A DNA stretch of 64,000 nucleotides, taken from PVC group bacterium (GTDB taxonomy: Bacteria > Verrucomicrobiota > Kiritimatiellia > PWTM01). The stretch is from contig PWTM01000309.1 of the NCBI GenBank assembly GCA_003563855.1, positions 18,385 to 82,384 on the forward strand. The letters are read 5' to 3'. Under the pieces are notes generated by a model. That model saw only the letters and a list, made by a program, of their open reading frames with translations. It was not told where the DNA came from and made no database searches. A program made the translations under genes and the position numbers. Below are positions 10,169-26,405 of this stretch, piece after piece; position 1 is the stretch's first letter, and every line of letters starts with the position of its first letter.

Positions 10169-10814
10169 GCGGTCTCTCCTTCTCCTCGGCGGTCGGCGCC
10201 GCGTGACAGATCCAGACCTTGACGCCGATCGTCCCGGCCACGGTCTGCGCCTCGGCGAACCCGTAATCGATGTTCTCGCGCAGCGTATGCAGGGGAACCT
10301 TGCCCTCGCGCAGCCGCTCCTCGCGCGCCAGCTCCGCGCCGCCCAGCCGCCCGCCGAGGTGGATGCGCACGCCCTCGGCCCCCAGCTCCATGGCCATCTG
10401 CGCCGCGCGCTTCGTCGCGCGGCGGAACGAAACCCGGCGCTCGAGCTGCATGGCGATGTTCTCGGCCACCAGTTGCGCGTTCTTGTCCGCGTCGCGGATT
10501 TCCCGGATGTCGAGGTAGATCTCCCGCCCCGTCATCCGCGCGATCTCCTCGCGCAGCGTGTCGATATCCTGCCCCTTGCGCCCGATCACGATACCCGGGC
10601 GAGCCGTCAGGATCGTCAGGCGCGCCCGGTTCGCATAGCGCTCGATCAACACCTCGGGCACGGCGCCGTCCTTGAGCCGGCGCCGCACCAGCGTGCGGAT
10701 GCGGTCGTCTTCCGCGGCGAGCGCGCCGTACCCGCGCTTCCCGGCAATCCAGCGGGACCGCCAGTCCTTGCTCACGGTCACGCGAAGTCCGATCGGATGT
10801 ACTTTCTGGCCCAC
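10152..10814 (-). CDS. rpsC: 30S ribosomal protein S3
   Basis: [10 protein letters not shown]...[10 protein letters not shown]...VPLHTLR..IDYG. Confidence 0.98.
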   Translation of the reverse strand: MGQKVHPIGLRVTVSKDWRSRWIAGKRGYGALAAEDDRIRTLVRRRLKDGAVPEVLIERYANRARLTILTARPGIVIGRKGQDIDTLREEIARMTGREIYLDIREIRDADKNAQLVAENIAMQLERRVSFRRATKRAAQMAMELGAEGVRIHLGGRLGGAELAREERLREGKVPLHTLRENIDYGFAEAQTVAGTIGVKVWICHAAPTAEEKERPHAAYA

Positions 10815-10836
10815 GCCGAACTCCTTCCCAACGCCC

Positions 10837-11172
10837 TCAGTCGCGCTCCGCCAGCACGATCGTAATGTGGCTCGTGCGCTTCTGGATGGGGCTCGCCATG
10901 CCGCGCGACCGGGGCCAGTAGCGGCGCTGGGTCGGCCCCTGGTCGACGACCGCCGCGCGCACGACCAGCGCGTCGGCCGAAAGGTTGTGGTTGTTCTCGG
11001 CGTTGGCGACCGCCGATTTCAGCGTCTTCCCGATCAACAGGGCCGCCTTGCGCCGGCTGAGCGAGGTGACGCGCAACGCTTCCGCCACGTCCTTGCCCGC
11101 GATTTCGCGGGCCAGGTCCCGGGCCTTGCTCGGCGCGATGCGCACGTACCTGGATTTCGCTGTCACTTCCAT
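10837..11172 (-). CDS. rplV: 50S ribosomal protein L22
   Basis: SAVANAENN...GP...PRSRG...KRTSHITI. Confidence 0.98.
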   Translation of the reverse strand: MEVTAKSRYVRIAPSKARDLAREIAGKDVAEALRVTSLSRRKAALLIGKTLKSAVANAENNHNLSADALVVRAAVVDQGPTQRRYWPRSRGMASPIQKRTSHITIVLAERD

Positions 11173-11180
11173 AATTCCGC

Positions 11181-11705
11181 TCAGCGTCTCCGCTGCTCCC
11201 CCGCCACCGCCCGGTCACCCGCGCGCGGCGCCCATCCCGGCCGGATCTCTTCCACCCGCGCTCCTGTCACCTCGGCCCGCACGTCCGTCGCCCGTACACG
11301 CGCTACCCAGGCCCCGTCCCGGAACACGTCGAGGACATCGCCCCGGCGTATGCCGCTGCCCGCGCCGCCGGCCAGCACCGTCAAACCCAGCCGCCCGTCG
11401 TAGCCCAACACCGCCCGCCCCTCGGCCGGCGATTCGTCCGGCAGCCCTTCCCCGCCCGGCGCCCGATCCGCGCGCGCCTCGGCATCGGCGAGGGAGCGGG
11501 TCAGTCTAGCGACCCGGCCGGACAAGTCCAGCATTTCCTTTTCCGCTTCCGCAGCCGCCCGCGCTTCCGCATCCGCGGCCGTCCCACCCGCCGCCGGCGC
11601 GGCGCCTCCCGGCGTCCGCCGGCCCAGCGACCAGCCCGCCGCCAGGCCCGCCGCCAGGAGCAACGGCGCAGCGAACCGGCGCGCCGCTGCCGCCCCGGTC
11701 CACAT
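11181..11705 (-). CDS. Hypothetical membrane-anchored/exported protein (N-terminal hydrophobic helix, coiled coil, C-terminal small beta-barrel-like domain) inserted in the S10 operon
   Basis: Co-oriented ORF fills the rpsS-rplV gap with 12-bp and 8-bp spacers; hydrophobic FAAPLLLAAGLAAGW segment; G..SGIRRGDVLDVFRDG...GDRAV motif. Confidence 0.75.
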   Translation of the reverse strand: MWTGAAAARRFAAPLLLAAGLAAGWSLGRRTPGGAAPAAGGTAADAEARAAAEAEKEMLDLSGRVARLTRSLADAEARADRAPGGEGLPDESPAEGRAVLGYDGRLGLTVLAGGAGSGIRRGDVLDVFRDGAWVARVRATDVRAEVTGARVEEIRPGWAPRAGDRAVAGEQRRR

Positions 11706-11717
11706 GCGCCCGCCGTC

Positions 11718-12002
11718 CTACTTGAGCGAGACGGTCTTGTCCGTCGCCGCCCCGTGCCGTCGGAACGCCCGGGTCGGCGAGAACTCGCCCAGCCGGTGTC
11801 CCACCATGTTCTCCGTCACGAACACCGCGATAAACGCCTTGCCGTTGTGCACGAGAAACGTGTGCCCCACGAACTCCGGCAGGATCATCGAGCGGCGCGA
11901 CGAGGTCCGGATCTGCCGGCGCTCGCCGGTCTGGTTCATCCGCTCGACCCGCCGCAGCAGCTTGTCTTCGACGTAGGGTCCCTTCTTGATGGAACGGGCC
12001 AT
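11718..12002 (-). CDS. rpsS: 30S ribosomal protein S19
   Basis: [11 protein letters not shown]...HNGK...[13 protein letters not shown]. Confidence 0.98.
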   Translation of the reverse strand: MARSIKKGPYVEDKLLRRVERMNQTGERRQIRTSSRRSMILPEFVGHTFLVHNGKAFIAVFVTENMVGHRLGEFSPTRAFRRHGAATDKTVSLK

Positions 12003-12005
12003 GGG

Positions 12006-12830
12006 TTACGCTCTCCGCTTGATGATGAATTTGCCCGAGCCCTTGTTGCGGGCGCGTGTACGGCGGCCCTTCGCCAGTTGGCCCCACGGCGAGACCGGGT
12101 GCCCCCCGCCGGAGGAGCGCCCTTCGCCGCCGCCCATGGGATGGTCGATCGGGTTCATGGCGACGCCGCGCACCGTGGGCCGAATGCCGAGCCAGCGCTT
12201 GCGCCCGGCCTTGCCCAGCGAAATCGACTCGTGCTCGGCGTTGCCGACCTGGCCGACGGTCGCGTAGCAGGACTCGCGCACGCGCCGGATTTCGCCCGAG
12301 GGCAGCTTCAGGTTCGCGAACCCTCCCTCGCGCGCCATCAGTTGCACGACCTGCCCGGCCGCGCGCGCAATCTGCGCGCCGGCGCCCGGCCGCAGTTCGA
12401 CGCAGTGAACCGGCATGCCCAGCGGAATACGCGCCAGCGGCAGCGCGTTGCCGACCGAAGGCTCGACCCGCTCGCCCGCCACCACCTCCTGGCCGGGCCG
12501 CAGCCCCTCGGGCGCGAGGATGTAGCGCTTCTCGCCGTCGCGGTAGTGCAGGAGCGCCAGCCGCGCGGAGCGGTTCGGGTCGTACTCGATCGCCGCCACG
12601 CGCGCGGGAATGTCCCGCTTCTCGCGCCGGAAGTCGACGAGGCGGACGTGCCGCTTGTGCCCACCGCCACGGTGCCGCACCGTGATGCGGCCCTGGCTGT
12701 TGCGGCCCGACCCCCGCTTCTTGTGCGCCAGGAGCCTGCGCTCGGGGCGCTTGTCGGTCAGGTCCTCGCCTCCGGACAGCTCCGTGAAGCGCCGGCTCGG
12801 GGTATAAGGTTTGCTCTTCTTCAACGCCAT
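12006..12830 (-). CDS. rplB: 50S ribosomal protein L2
   Basis: [39 protein letters not shown]. Confidence 0.99.
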   Translation of the reverse strand: MALKKSKPYTPSRRFTELSGGEDLTDKRPERRLLAHKKRGSGRNSQGRITVRHRGGGHKRHVRLVDFRREKRDIPARVAAIEYDPNRSARLALLHYRDGEKRYILAPEGLRPGQEVVAGERVEPSVGNALPLARIPLGMPVHCVELRPGAGAQIARAAGQVVQLMAREGGFANLKLPSGEIRRVRESCYATVGQVGNAEHESISLGKAGRKRWLGIRPTVRGVAMNPIDHPMGGGEGRSSGGGHPVSPWGQLAKGRRTRARNKGSGKFIIKRRA

Positions 12831-12840
12831 GGCCATCGCC

Positions 12841-13122
12841 TCATGTCAGGTCGATCGCATCGCCCGGCTTCAGGGTCACCAGCGCCTTCTTCCAGCGCGC
12901 CGTGGTCCCGTAGTTGCGCGTGCGTTCCCGCTTCTTCTTGCCCTTGCGGTTCAGCGTGTTCACCTTCACGACCGTCACGCCGAAGAGGTGTTCGATCGCC
13001 GAGCGCACGTCCGCCTTCGTTGCCCGCACGTCCACCCGGAACTGGTAGGTGTTGTGGGCCTCGGTCAGGCGCGTGCCCTTCTCCGACAGCACGATCCGAT
13101 CCACGGTCCGATAGGCGTCCAT
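12841..13122 (-). CDS. rplW: 50S ribosomal protein L23
   Basis: SEKG...F.VDVRATK...FGV.V.KVNT...WKKALVTL; start ATG 13122. Confidence 0.97.
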   Translation of the reverse strand: MDAYRTVDRIVLSEKGTRLTEAHNTYQFRVDVRATKADVRSAIEHLFGVTVVKVNTLNRKGKKKRERTRNYGTTARWKKALVTLKPGDAIDLT

Positions 13123-13766
13123 CACGCTCCCCTCCGCACCGGCGCCTTGACCCGCGCCTCGAGCGCCTCCATCGCCTCGCGGGTGACGGCCACGAGCGGG
13201 AAACGAAGGAGCGTCACGACCCCGAGCCGCGCGGCCGAAACCGCGTCGACGGCCGGATGGTTGCGCACCGCACGCGCGAGCGCCTCGTCCACTGCGGGCA
13301 CGACCAGCAGCAGGCCCGGCGGCTCGCCGAGGCGCCGGTGCAGCTCGGCTACGTGGCGCGTGCGGGCCTCCGGAAGGCTCAGGCTGTCGAGGACGACGAG
13401 TTCGCCGGCCGCGATCTTCTCGCTGAGCGCCCGCCGGAAGGCGAGGCGCGCCGCCTTCTTCGGAAGGCGCACGGCGAAGTCGCGCGGCTTCGGGCCGAAC
13501 GCGACGCCGCCGCCGCGGCGCACGGGCGAGCGCAGGTAACCGGCGCGCGCGCGACCGGTCCCCTTCTGCCGGTAGGGCTTGCTGCCGCGGCCGGCCACCT
13601 CGCCCTTCGTCCGCGTCGAGGCCGTGCCCGCCCGCTGCGCCGCCTGCTCCGCGATCACCGCGTCGTGCAGCGCCTGGCGGCCGCGGTCGTGGACGAGCAG
13701 CCCCTCGGCCAGCTCCCATTCGCCGGCCGGCTCGCCCTGCATGGTCTTCACCGGTATCCTGCTCAT
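13122..13766 (-). CDS. rplD: 50S ribosomal protein L4
   Basis: KPYRQKGTGRARAG..RSP..RGGGVAFGPKPRD. Confidence 0.98.
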   Translation of the reverse strand: MSRIPVKTMQGEPAGEWELAEGLLVHDRGRQALHDAVIAEQAAQRAGTASTRTKGEVAGRGSKPYRQKGTGRARAGYLRSPVRRGGGVAFGPKPRDFAVRLPKKAARLAFRRALSEKIAAGELVVLDSLSLPEARTRHVAELHRRLGEPPGLLLVVPAVDEALARAVRNHPAVDAVSAARLGVVTLLRFPLVAVTREAMEALEARVKAPVRRGA

Positions 13767-14404
13767 GCCGCACCCGCCGCCTTCTTGATCGCCTTACGCA
13801 CGACCACCAGCCCGCCCGTCGGCCCTGGCACGGACCCCTCGACCAGCAGCACGTGGTCGTCGGCCCGCACCTCTACGACGCGCAGGTTCTGCGTGGTGAC
13901 CCGGCGATGGCCCATATGGCCGGGCATCTTCTTGTTCTTCAGCACGCGGCCCGGCCACTCGCGCATGCCGACCGCACCGGTGCGCCGGTGCATCGTGTGC
14001 CCGTGCGAGGCCGGCTGCCCGCCCATCCCGTGCCGCTTCATCACGCCCTGGAACCCGCGGCCCTTCGAAACGCCCGTGACATCCACGTGCCCGACGCCGT
14101 CGAAGATCGCGACCGTCACGACCGCGCCCGGCTCGACCGACTCGCCCTCGGCCAGCGGGACCTCCATCAGCCGCGCAGCCGGCGCCCCGCCGTGTTTCGC
14201 GAAATGGCCCCGGGCCGGACGGCTCAGCCGTCGCTCGCGCACCTCGCCCAGCCCCAGTTGCGCCGCGCCGTACCCGTCGCGCTCCGGCGTCCGGCACTGC
14301 ACGACGACGCAGGGCCCCACCTCGAGCACCGTCACGGGAACCTGGCGCCCGTCCGGCGCGTAGACCCGCGTCATCCCCCGTTTACGTCCCAACAAAGCGT
14401 CCAT
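13763..14404 (-). CDS. rplC: 50S ribosomal protein L3
   Basis: G.K.GMT...PVTV...[19 protein letters not shown]...MPGHMG. Confidence 0.98.
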   Translation of the reverse strand: MDALLGRKRGMTRVYAPDGRQVPVTVLEVGPCVVVQCRTPERDGYGAAQLGLGEVRERRLSRPARGHFAKHGGAPAARLMEVPLAEGESVEPGAVVTVAIFDGVGHVDVTGVSKGRGFQGVMKRHGMGGQPASHGHTMHRRTGAVGMREWPGRVLKNKKMPGHMGHRRVTTQNLRVVEVRADDHVLLVEGSVPGPTGGLVVVRKAIKKAAGAA

Positions 14405-14407
14405 GGC

Positions 14408-14716
14408 CTATACCTTGATCGTGATGTCCACGCCCGCGGGGAGGTTCAGCTTCTTGAGCTCGTCCACCGTGCGGGCCGTGGGCTCGATGATGTCCAGAAT
14501 CCGCTTGTGGGTGCGGATCTCGAACTGCTCCATCGACTTCTTGTCCACGTGCGGACTTCGGTTGACGGAGTAGCGCTCGATCCGTGTCGGCAGCGGGATC
14601 GGGCCCATGACCTGCGCGCCCGTCCGCTTGGCGGTCTCCACGATGTCCCCGGCCGACTGGTCGAGAACCCGGTGGTCGTAGCCGCGCAGTCTAATCCTGA
14701 TCCGTTGCCCGCTCAT
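14408..14716 (-). CDS. rpsJ: 30S ribosomal protein S10
   Basis: IRIRL..YDHR.LD...GPIPLPT...[17 protein letters not shown]. Confidence 0.99.
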   Translation of the reverse strand: MSGQRIRIRLRGYDHRVLDQSAGDIVETAKRTGAQVMGPIPLPTRIERYSVNRSPHVDKKSMEQFEIRTHKRILDIIEPTARTVDELKKLNLPAGVDITIKV

Positions 14717-14726
14717 GTTCGCATCC

Positions 14727-16865
14727 TCACCGGTTCAGCACGCCCGCCTGCAGCGCGTCGGGCACGGGTTCGAACGACTTCGGTTCCATCACGTACGTGG
14801 CGCGCCCGCGCGAGAGGGAACGCAACGCCGTCGCGTACCCGAAGAGCTCGACCAGCGGAACGTCGGCGGCGATGTGGTGCAGACCCTGCTCCACGACCAT
14901 CTCGCGCACCTGGCCCCGGCGCCCGTTCAGGTCGCCGAGCACCTCTCCCATCGCGTCCTCCGGCGTCACCACCTCGACCGCCATGATCGGCTCGAGCAGC
15001 GCCGGCTTCGCCTGCTGGAGCGCCTCGCGCAGCGCCATCATCGCCGCCGTCCGGAACGCGATCTCGGTCGACTCCTCGCTGCGCAGCCCGGCGCCGCAAA
15101 TGCGCGCCTCGACATCGACCATCGGATAGTGGCCCAGCACGCCGGTGCAGAGTCCGTCCCGGATGCCTTCCTCGACAGCCTGCCGGAAGGCCTTGGGAAG
15201 ACCGTCGGCCACGGGGGTCTCCCAGCAGACGGCATTGCCCTCGCCGCGCGCGCGCGGCCGCAGCGCCAGCGCGACCTCCGCGTACTGCGCTCCCCCCCCG
15301 ATCTCGCGCTGGAACACGTGCGTGGCGCGCGCCTCGGCGCGGATCGTCTCGCGATACGAAACCATGGGGCGGCCGGTGTTGGCGGCCACCCGGAACTCCC
15401 GCAGCATGCGGTCGCGGATGATCTCCAGGTGCAGCTCGCCCATGCCGCTGACCAGCGTCTGGCCCGTTTCCGCATCGACGGTGATGCGGAACGTCGGGTC
15501 CTCGGCGGCCAGGGCGGCCAGCGCCGCCTCGAGCGCCGGGCGATCTCCCGCCGTCCGCGGCTCGACCGCCATCGCGATGACCGGCTCCGGAAAGACGATC
15601 CGCTCGAGCACCACCGGATCGTTCTCGGCGCAAAGCGTGTCGCCGGTCGTCGCCTCGCGCAGGCCCACGAGCCCGCCGATCTCGCCGGCGTAGAGCGCAT
15701 CGACGTCACGGCGGTCGTTCGCGTGGAGTTGGAGGATGCGCGAGGTCCGCTCGCGTTTTCGCAGGCGGGGGTTGTAGATATTCTGCCCCTTGCGCAGCAC
15801 CCCGGAGTATACCCGGACGAAGGTCAACTTGCCCACGTACGGGTCCGTGGCAATCTTGAATGCCAGCACGCTCAACGGCGCGAAATCGTCGGCGGAACGC
15901 TCCACCGGAGCCTCTGTCTTCGGATGATGGCCGCGGATGGGCGGGACATCGAGCGGCGAGGGCAGATAGTCGACAATCGCGTCCAACAGCAGTTGCACGC
16001 CCTTGTTCTTGAGCGCGCTGCCGCAGAGCACCGGCGTAAGCCGGCCCGCCAGCGTGGCGCGACGCAGGCCGGCGGTGAGGAGCTCGGCGGGAATGTCCGC
16101 CTCCCTCAGGTAGGCGTCCTGCACGGCCTCGTCCGCCTCGGCCACCGCCTCGACGAGGCGCGCGCGCTCCGCCTCTGCCTTCTCGGCCCACGGGGCCGGG
16201 ATCGGCTCGCGCCGGACCTCGGCGCCCTGCGAAGCCTCGTCGAACGAAACGGCCTCCATGCGGACCAGGTCGAGCACGCCGCGAAAGGCGTCCGCCTCGC
16301 CCCAGGGCCAGCAGGTCACCGCGGGCGAGGCGTGCAGGCGGTCGCGCAGCCGCGCGACCACCCATTCGAACCGCGCGCCCATGCGGTCGAGCTTGTTGAC
16401 GAAGGCAATCCTCGGCACCCGGTACCGGGTCGCCTGGCGCCAGACGGTCTCCGACTGCGGCTGGACGCCGGCCACGCCGCAGAAGACGCCGACGGCGCCG
16501 TCCAACACCCGCAACGCACGCTCCACCTCCGCGGTGAAATCCACGTGGCCGGGCGTGTCGATCAGGTTGATCTGCCGGTCCCGCCAGGCGCACGTCGTGG
16601 CCGCGCTCTGGATCGTGATGCCCCGCTCCTGCTCCTGGGCCATCCAGTCCATCGTCGCGGTGCCCTCGTGCACCTCGCCGAGCCGGTGCACGCGGCCGGA
16701 ATAGAACAGGATCCGTTCCGAGACCGTCGTCTTGCCGGCATCGATGTGTGCGACGATCCCGACGTTGCGGATTGCGGACAGACCGCGGCGCCGCTCCGGC
16801 GCCTCGAGGGGCCGGGGCTTCGCATCTGCGTGCGTCTCGCCGGGTCTGTTCACGGTCTGCACCAT
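14727..16865 (-). CDS. fusA: Elongation factor G (str-operon copy, divergent domain IV)
   Basis: [37 protein letters not shown]; located after rpsG. Confidence 0.95.
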   Translation of the reverse strand: MVQTVNRPGETHADAKPRPLEAPERRRGLSAIRNVGIVAHIDAGKTTVSERILFYSGRVHRLGEVHEGTATMDWMAQEQERGITIQSAATTCAWRDRQINLIDTPGHVDFTAEVERALRVLDGAVGVFCGVAGVQPQSETVWRQATRYRVPRIAFVNKLDRMGARFEWVVARLRDRLHASPAVTCWPWGEADAFRGVLDLVRMEAVSFDEASQGAEVRREPIPAPWAEKAEAERARLVEAVAEADEAVQDAYLREADIPAELLTAGLRRATLAGRLTPVLCGSALKNKGVQLLLDAIVDYLPSPLDVPPIRGHHPKTEAPVERSADDFAPLSVLAFKIATDPYVGKLTFVRVYSGVLRKGQNIYNPRLRKRERTSRILQLHANDRRDVDALYAGEIGGLVGLREATTGDTLCAENDPVVLERIVFPEPVIAMAVEPRTAGDRPALEAALAALAAEDPTFRITVDAETGQTLVSGMGELHLEIIRDRMLREFRVAANTGRPMVSYRETIRAEARATHVFQREIGGGAQYAEVALALRPRARGEGNAVCWETPVADGLPKAFRQAVEEGIRDGLCTGVLGHYPMVDVEARICGAGLRSEESTEIAFRTAAMMALREALQQAKPALLEPIMAVEVVTPEDAMGEVLGDLNGRRGQVREMVVEQGLHHIAADVPLVELFGYATALRSLSRGRATYVMEPKSFEPVPDALQAGVLNR

Positions 16866-16880
16866 CGGAAACCCGCCCGC

Positions 16881-17351
16881 CTACCAGCGGTAATGGGCGA
16901 AGGCCCGGTTGGCCTGGGCCATCTTGTGGGTGTCGTCACGCTTCTTCACGGCCGCACCCTGGTTGTTGAACGCGTCCATCAGCTCGTAGGCCAGGGCCTC
17001 CTTCATCGCCACGCCCTTGCGCGCCCGGGCATACTGCTTGAGCCAGCGAAGCGCCAGCGCAAGCTGACGCTGCTCGCCGACCTCGATCGGCACCTGGTAG
17101 GTGGCGCCGCCGACCCGGCGGGACTTGACTTCGAGGCGGGGTTTCACGTTCTCGATCGCGCGCGTCGCGATCTCGAGGCTGTCGCCCTCCATCTTCTCGC
17201 CGATCAGGTCCAGCGCCCCGTAGACGATCCGCTGTGCGACCGACTTCTTGCCCCGCTGCATGAGCATGCTGATCATCCGCGCGACCAGTTCGCTCTCGAA
17301 CCGCGCGTCGGGCGTCAACACCCGCTTCTCCGCTTTGCGTCTTCGTGCCAT
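16881..17351 (-). CDS. rpsG: 30S ribosomal protein S7
   Basis: GKKSVA..I...[15 protein letters not shown]...[10 protein letters not shown]; start ATG 17351. Confidence 0.98.
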   Translation of the reverse strand: MARRRKAEKRVLTPDARFESELVARMISMLMQRGKKSVAQRIVYGALDLIGEKMEGDSLEIATRAIENVKPRLEVKSRRVGGATYQVPIEVGEQRQLALALRWLKQYARARKGVAMKEALAYELMDAFNNQGAAVKKRDDTHKMAQANRAFAHYRW

Positions 17352-17361
17352 GGCGCCCGTC

Positions 17362-17748
17362 CTACTTCTTCGCGCTATCCTTCGGCGCCTTCGCGCCGTA
17401 CTTCGACCGGCCGCGCCGGCGGCCCTCCACGCCCAACGCGTCAAGCGTCCCGCGCACGACGTGGTAGCGGACGCCGGGCAGGTCCTTCACCCGTCCCCCG
17501 CGCACGAGCACCATGCTGTGCTCCTGGAGGTTGTGCCCCTCGCCGGGGATGTAGGCCGAAACCTCGTACCCGTTCGTGAGCCGGACGCGCGCCACCTTCC
17601 GGAGCGCGGAGTTCGGCTTCTTCGGCGTCATCGTCTTGACCAGCAGGCATACGCCGCGGCGCTGCGGGCAACGCGCCAGCGCGGGCGACTTGCTCTTGCG
17701 GCGCGGCGGCGTCCGCGGATTCCGAATCAGTTGGTTGATCGTCGGCAT
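17362..17748 (-). CDS. rpsL: 30S ribosomal protein S12
   Basis: MPTINQL...[11 protein letters not shown]...[12 protein letters not shown]; start ATG 17748. Confidence 0.99.
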   Translation of the reverse strand: MPTINQLIRNPRTPPRRKSKSPALARCPQRRGVCLLVKTMTPKKPNSALRKVARVRLTNGYEVSAYIPGEGHNLQEHSMVLVRGGRVKDLPGVRYHVVRGTLDALGVEGRRRGRSKYGAKAPKDSAKK

Positions 17749-17782
17749 GCTGTATCCTCGTCCCAATGCAAAGCCGGGAAAC

Positions 17783-20700
17783 CTACCCGATCGATCCCGG
17801 GCTCGGCAACTCCATTCGCTCATCTTCCGACGGTTTCTGCTCGAGCAGCTTCTCGCCGAGCATCTCCTCGATCGCGATCGGCTCGGCCAGCGGCACGAGC
17901 CGGACGTTCCGGTGCATCGGGAAACCGCTCCCGGCCGGGATCAGGTGCCCCATGATCACGTTCTCCTTGAAGCCGCGCAGGTAGTCGCGCCGCCCGAGGG
18001 TCGCCGCGTCGGCCAGCACCCGCGTGGTGTCCTGGAAGGACGCCGCCGAGATGAAGCTCTCCGTCTCGAGCGCCGCCTTCGTGATGCCCAGCAGGACGGG
18101 GCTCGCCGCCGCCGGCCGCTTGCCCTCCGCCGCGGCCTTCTGGTTCACCTGCTGGAAGGCGTGCCGCTCGATCTGCTCGCCCCAGAGGAACTCGGTGTCG
18201 CCCGGGTCCGTGATCCGCACCTTGCGCAGCATCTGCCGCACGATGATCTCGATGTGCTTGTCGTTGATCTCGACGCCCTGGAGCCTGTAGACCTCCTGGA
18301 TCTCGTTGAGCAGGTACTCCTGCAGCTCCTTCGGCCCGCAGACGTCCAGCACCTCCTGCGGCACGACGGGCCCCTCCGTGAGCTGCTGCCCCTTGTGCAC
18401 CTGGTCGCCACGGTAGACCACAACGTGCTTGCCCATCGGGATGAGGTGCTCCTCCTCGTCCCCGGTGACCGGATCGCGGACGACCAGCTTGCGGCGGCCC
18501 TTGACGGTACCCGCGAACTCGACGGTGCCGTCGATCTTCGCGATTTCGGCCGCATCCTTCGGGCGGCGCGCCTCGACCAGTTCGGCCACGCGCGGGAGGC
18601 CGCCCGTGATGTCCTTCGTGCGGACGGCCTTGCGCGGCATGCGCGCCATGCGTTCACCGGCGCGGACCTGGCTGCCCGCCGCGACCATCACGTAGGCGCC
18701 CGCCGGGATCGTGTACGAGGCCAGCGGCTCGCCACCGTCCGGGGGCACGATCAGGATTTGCGGGTGGAGCTCCTCCTTGTGCTCCATGATCACCGTCTCG
18801 GTGCGGCCCGTGGCCTCGTCGCGATCCTTGCGGAAGGAGACGCCCTCGATGAAGTCGCGGAACTGCACCACGCCGGCCTTCTCGGCCAGGATCGGGACGT
18901 TGTGCGGATCCCACTTCACGAAGCTCTGCCCCTTCTTGACCCGCCCGCCGTCCTCGACCGCGATCTCCGCGCCGAGCACCGGCGAATGCCGCTCGAGTTC
19001 CCGCCCCACATCGTCGTAGATGCTGAGGACGCCGTTCTTGTTCAGCACGATGAACGTGCCGTCCGTCGCCTGCGCCGTCCGCAGGTCCTCGTAGCGCACG
19101 AGGCCGTCGTGCTTGGCCACGATCTGCGGCTGCTTGAACACCGAGCTGGCCGTGCCGCCGATGTGGAAGGTCCGCATGGTGAGCTGTGTGCCCGGCTCGC
19201 CGATCGACTGCGCCGCGATGATGCCGACGGCCTCGCCGAGGGCGACCTGCCGGCCGGTGGCCAGGTTGCGCCCGTAGCACTTGGCGCAGACGCCCCGGAG
19301 CGACTCGCAGGTCAGGACGCTGCGGATGCGGACCCGGTCGAGGTTCGCGCGCACGATGCGGCTGGCGGCGACCTCGTCGACCTCCTGGCCGGCGGCCACC
19401 AGGATCTCCTGCTTGAGCGGCTCGCGAACATCGTCCAGGGCCGTGCGCCCCATGATCCGCGACTCGAGCGAGACCAGCTCGTCGTCCCCCTCGTAGATGC
19501 CCGAGACCTCGATGCCGTTGAGCGTCCCGCAGTCCTCCTCGACGACGATGATGTCGTGGGCGACATCGACCAGCCGCCGCGTCAGGTACCCCGCGTCCGC
19601 CGTCTTCAGCGCCGTGTCGGCCAGCCCCTTGCGGGCGCCGTGCGTGCTGATGAAGTACTCGAGCACGCTGAGCCCCTCGCGGAAGTTCGAGATGATCGGC
19701 CGCTCGATGATCTCGCCCGACGGCTTGGCCATCAGGCCGCGCATGCCCGAGAGCTGGCGGATCTGCTGGCGGCTGCCGCGCGCCCCGGAATCCACCATCA
19801 TGAAGACCGGGTTGATGTCCTCCTGGCGCGGACGCCGGGGATCGAAGGCGTTGAACTCCAGCGCCCGGTACATCACGTTCGAGATCTCTTCGGTCGCGTG
19901 CGTCCAGATGTCGATGATCTTGTTGTAGCGCTCGCCGTCGGTGATGACGCCCCGGCGGTACTGCGTCTCGACGGTGGCGATGCTGCGGCGGGCGTCCGCG
20001 ACGATCTTCGCCTTCTCGGGCGGCACGATCATGTCTTCCATGCCGATCGAGATACCCGCCCGCGTCGCGTGCTCGAACCCGAGATCCTTGAGCCGGTCGA
20101 GCACGGTCACGGTCTGCTCGTGCCCGGCCACCTGGTAACAGCGCCAGATCGTCTCGGCCAGTCGCTTCTTCGTCACGACCTGGTTGACGAAGCCCAGCGC
20201 GTCCGGCCAGATCTCGTTGAAGAAGACGCGCCCGACGGTCGTGACGATCCCCCGCCGTTCCGCGTCCCCATAGACGGTCGAGCGACCGAAATCGGGATTA
20301 CGGAACCGGATGCGGTCGTGAATCTGAAGCGCACCGTCGTCGAACGCCGTGTGGACCTCCGCTTCGTCGGCGAGGATCGGCAGGCGCTCGTCCGCGGGCG
20401 CCCCGCCGCGCCGCTGGCGGATGCGGTCCGCCTGCGAATCGCTCGTCAGGTAGTAGCACCCCAGCGCGATGTCCTGGCTCGGCGTCGTGATCGGCCGCCC
20501 GCTCGACGGCGAAAAGATATTGTTCGGCGCCAGCATGAGCAGCCGCGACTCCATCTGCGCCTCGATCGAAAGCGGCACGTGCACCGCCATCTGGTCGCCG
20601 TCGAAGTCCGCGTTGTAGGCCGTGCAGACCAGCGGATGGATGCGGATCGCCTCGCCCTCGATCAGCACAGGCTCGAACGACTGGATGCTGAGGCGGTGCA

Positions 20701-21994
20701 GCGTCGGCGCCCGGTTCAGCATCACCGTGTGCCCGTGCGTGACCTCGTCGAGAATGTCCCAGACCTGGTCGTCCTCGCGCTCGATCAGCTTCTTGGCGCT
20801 GCGCACGGTATGCACGATGCCCAGGTCCTTCAGCCGGCGGATGATGAAGGGTTCGAAGAGGACGAGCGCCATCTTCTTGGGCAGCCCGCACTCGTTCATC
20901 CGAAGGTCCGGCCCGACCACGATCACCGAACGGCCCGAGTAGTCCACCCGCTTGCCGAGCAGGTTCTGCCGGAACCGGCCCTGCTTGCCCCGCAGCATGT
21001 CGCTGAGCGACTTGAGGGGGCGGTTCCCCGCGCCGGTCACCGCGCGACCGTGCCGGCCGTTGTCGAAGAGCGCGTCGACGGCCTCCTGCAGCATGCGCTT
21101 CTCGTTGCGGATGATGACGTCGGGCGTCTTGAGCTGCAGCAGGTTCCGCAGGCGGTTGTTCCGGTTGATCACGCGGCGGTACAAGTCGTTGAGGTCCGAG
21201 GTCGCGAACCGGCCGCCCTCGAGGGGCACGAGCGGACGCAGGTCCGGCGGGATGACCGGCAGGACGTCGATGATCATCCACTCCGGGCGCGAACCGCTCT
21301 GAAGGAACCCCTCGATCAGCTTCATGCGCTTCGTCAGTTTCTTCCGCACCTGCTTGCTGCGCGTCAGCTCCATCTCCTCGGTGAGCTGCGCCCGCTCCTT
21401 CTCGAGGTCGATCTCCGCCATCAGCGTCCGCACCGCCTCGGCGCCCATGCCCGCCGTGAAGGCGGCCCCGTAGGTGTCCTGCGCCTCGCGGTACTGGATC
21501 TCGTCCAGGAGCTGCTTGGCCTTCAGCGGCGTGTCGCCCGGGTCGATGACGATGTAGTCCTCGTAGTAGAGCACCCGTTCGAGTGCCCGCATCGTCATGT
21601 CCAGGATCAGCCCCATCCGGCTCGGGGTGCACTTGTAGAACCAGATGTGCGAGACCGGCACGGCCAGTTCGATCGTGCCCATCCGCTCGCGGCGGACGCG
21701 GGCCTGGGTCACCTCGACGCCGCAGCGGTCGCAGATCACGTTCTTGTGCTTGATGCGCTTGTACTTCCCGCAACCGCACTCCCAGTCCTTCGTCGGGCCG
21801 AAGATGCGTTCGCAGAACAGCCCGCCCTTCTCGGGCTTGAAGGTCCGGTAGTTGATCGTCTCCGGGTTCTTGACCTCGCCGTGACTCCACCCCCGGATCT
21901 GCTCCGGCGACGCCAGCGTGATGCTGACGGAGTCGAAGGTATCCTGGATGTCGAGGCCCAACGCTTGTGCGGCACTGTCGGTCAGCTCTGCCAT
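17783..21994 (-). CDS. rpoC: RNA polymerase beta' subunit
   Basis: NADFDGDQM catalytic motif, PETINYRT, Zn-binding Cys motifs. Confidence 0.99.
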   Translation of the reverse strand: MAELTDSAAQALGLDIQDTFDSVSITLASPEQIRGWSHGEVKNPETINYRTFKPEKGGLFCERIFGPTKDWECGCGKYKRIKHKNVICDRCGVEVTQARVRRERMGTIELAVPVSHIWFYKCTPSRMGLILDMTMRALERVLYYEDYIVIDPGDTPLKAKQLLDEIQYREAQDTYGAAFTAGMGAEAVRTLMAEIDLEKERAQLTEEMELTRSKQVRKKLTKRMKLIEGFLQSGSRPEWMIIDVLPVIPPDLRPLVPLEGGRFATSDLNDLYRRVINRNNRLRNLLQLKTPDVIIRNEKRMLQEAVDALFDNGRHGRAVTGAGNRPLKSLSDMLRGKQGRFRQNLLGKRVDYSGRSVIVVGPDLRMNECGLPKKMALVLFEPFIIRRLKDLGIVHTVRSAKKLIEREDDQVWDILDEVTHGHTVMLNRAPTLHRLSIQSFEPVLIEGEAIRIHPLVCTAYNADFDGDQMAVHVPLSIEAQMESRLLMLAPNNIFSPSSGRPITTPSQDIALGCYYLTSDSQADRIRQRRGGAPADERLPILADEAEVHTAFDDGALQIHDRIRFRNPDFGRSTVYGDAERRGIVTTVGRVFFNEIWPDALGFVNQVVTKKRLAETIWRCYQVAGHEQTVTVLDRLKDLGFEHATRAGISIGMEDMIVPPEKAKIVADARRSIATVETQYRRGVITDGERYNKIIDIWTHATEEISNVMYRALEFNAFDPRRPRQEDINPVFMMVDSGARGSRQQIRQLSGMRGLMAKPSGEIIERPIISNFREGLSVLEYFISTHGARKGLADTALKTADAGYLTRRLVDVAHDIIVVEEDCGTLNGIEVSGIYEGDDELVSLESRIMGRTALDDVREPLKQEILVAAGQEVDEVAASRIVRANLDRVRIRSVLTCESLRGVCAKCYGRNLATGRQVALGEAVGIIAAQSIGEPGTQLTMRTFHIGGTASSVFKQPQIVAKHDGLVRYEDLRTAQATDGTFIVLNKNGVLSIYDDVGRELERHSPVLGAEIAVEDGGRVKKGQSFVKWDPHNVPILAEKAGVVQFRDFIEGVSFRKDRDEATGRTETVIMEHKEELHPQILIVPPDGGEPLASYTIPAGAYVMVAAGSQVRAGERMARMPRKAVRTKDITGGLPRVAELVEARRPKDAAEIAKIDGTVEFAGTVKGRRKLVVRDPVTGDEEEHLIPMGKHVVVYRGDQVHKGQQLTEGPVVPQEVLDVCGPKELQEYLLNEIQEVYRLQGVEINDKHIEIIVRQMLRKVRITDPGDTEFLWGEQIERHAFQQVNQKAAAEGKRPAAASPVLLGITKAALETESFISAASFQDTTRVLADAATLGRRDYLRGFKENVIMGHLIPAGSGFPMHRNVRLVPLAEPIAIEEMLGEKLLEQKPSEDERMELPSPGSIG

Positions 21995-22035
21995 GATCGC
22001 TCCTGCCCGGCGCCCGCGGCGCCGTTCGGCTTTCC

Positions 22036-25797
<3,762 letters not shown>

Positions 25798-25888
25798 GCA
25801 ACACCTTCAGGCGAGAGACGACCCCTCCAACGCCAAATCCCGGGACGGCCACGCGCCGCCCCGGGCCCACCACGCCGGCCCGACCCCG

Positions 25889-26308
25889 CTACTTGATCTC
25901 GACCTGGGCACCGGCCGCTTCCAGTTTGGCCTTCATGGCCTCGGCCTCTTCCTTCGTGGCCCCCTCCTTGACCGTCTTCGGCGCCGCGTCCACCAGGTCC
26001 TTCGCCTCCTTGAGCCCGAGGCTGGTCATGGTGCGAAGTTCCTTGATGACCTGGATCTTCTGGCTGCCGGCCGCCTTGAGGATCACCTCGAACTCCGTTT
26101 GCTCTTCTTCCTTGGCTTCCGCGGCCCCGCCCGCCGGCATGGCCATCATGCCCATCGGCGCGGCGGCCGAGACGCCCAAGCGGTCCTCCAGCGCCTTGAC
26201 CAGTTTCGAGAGCTCCAGCACGCTGATGCCCTCGATCCAATCGACGAACTCCGCCATCTTCCCCTCGAGCTTCGGCTGCTCGACCGTGGCTGCTTCCTGC
26301 TCCGCCAT
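25889..26308 (-). CDS. rplL: 50S ribosomal protein L7/L12
   Basis: VLEL..LVK.LE...GVSAAA...TEF.VIL...[10 protein letters not shown]; start ATG 26308. Confidence 0.97.
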   Translation of the reverse strand: MAEQEAATVEQPKLEGKMAEFVDWIEGISVLELSKLVKALEDRLGVSAAAPMGMMAMPAGGAAEAKEEEQTEFEVILKAAGSQKIQVIKELRTMTSLGLKEAKDLVDAAPKTVKEGATKEEAEAMKAKLEAAGAQVEIK

Positions 26309-26405
26309 GTTCGCTCTCCTTCTCGACTGCGGATGCGCCCCGCGCATCCCGACTGTTTCCCCTACACTCCACCGGCCGCGGAACCGCGCCGGTCCCGCGC
26401 GCGCG

